Source: an uncultured Rhodospirillaceae bacterium (GTDB lineage: Bacteria; Pseudomonadota; Alphaproteobacteria; MPNO01). From it: a DNA stretch of 51,698 nt. A program made the translations under genes and the position numbers. The notes beneath the pieces are model-generated. The model was not told the origin of the DNA and did no database searches. It saw only the letters and a list, made by a program, of their open reading frames with translations. The stretch lies in the NCBI GenBank assembly GCA_964587515.1, contig CAZPMO010000003.1:13002-64699 (forward strand), given 5' to 3'. Shown in pieces: positions 51,661-51,698 of the stretch. The first letter of the stretch is position 1. Every line of letters starts with the position of its first letter.

Positions 51661-51698
51661 TTGTTCAGCCCGGTTAGATAGCTGACAGGTGTTCGGAG

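Overview
This is a GC-rich chromosomal window of about 51.7 kb. Gene content suggests an alphaproteobacterium: rpoH with the QKKLFFNLR box, a DUF2336-like protein, DinB with an N-terminal Cys4 extension, many TRAP transporters and cob genes. All calls rest on reading the supplied ORF translations and the DNA by eye; no database search was run. I saw no rRNA, tRNA, CRISPR array, transposase or integrase.

Layout:
1. 0.1-10.8 kb: a tightly packed seven-gene redox cluster. It encodes three multiheme c-type cytochromes (5, 4 and 10 CxxCH motifs), a putative outer-membrane beta-barrel, and a membrane-anchored FNR-type FAD/NAD(P)/2Fe-2S reductase. It also encodes a cytoplasmic protein with two cNMP-binding-like domains fused to a four-cluster polyferredoxin, and a 5-TM protein with two His-x13-His helices (di-heme-b-like).
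2. 10.8-17.7 kb: a catabolic cluster with hydantoinase/oxoprolinase A and B, two FAH-family hydrolases, a CMD-family protein and a small Cys-containing ORF.
3. 18-29 kb: DUF2336-like protein, dinB, an LLM monooxygenase, a TRAP system, CoA-transferase A/B, YqgE/AlgH, a Zn-ribbon protein and rpoH.
4. 29.4-35.3 kb: a lower-GC segment containing an about 20 % G+C intergenic tract. It holds a ShlB/FhaC-type outer-membrane transporter with no TpsA partner, a secreted FecR-domain protein with a Gly/Ser tail, and a CHASE2-PAS histidine kinase.
5. 35.3-46.5 kb: VOC protein, HdrD/GlpC-like Fe-S protein, a second TRAP QM pair preceded by what looks like a substrate-binding-protein gene remnant, MetE-like protein, acyl-CoA synthetase, class III cyclase-TPR protein, SGNH hydrolase, RidA and a 2-hydroxyacid dehydrogenase.
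6. 46.5-51.7 kb: cobalamin genes (cobB, cobA, cbiD, cobK) interrupted by an amidohydrolase.

The best candidate for an undescribed system is the 0.1-10.8 kb cluster. I read it as a possible NAD(P)H-to-cell-surface (or reverse) electron conduit whose composition matches no characterised complex I know. The second candidate is the orphan ShlB-FecR-CHASE2 module.
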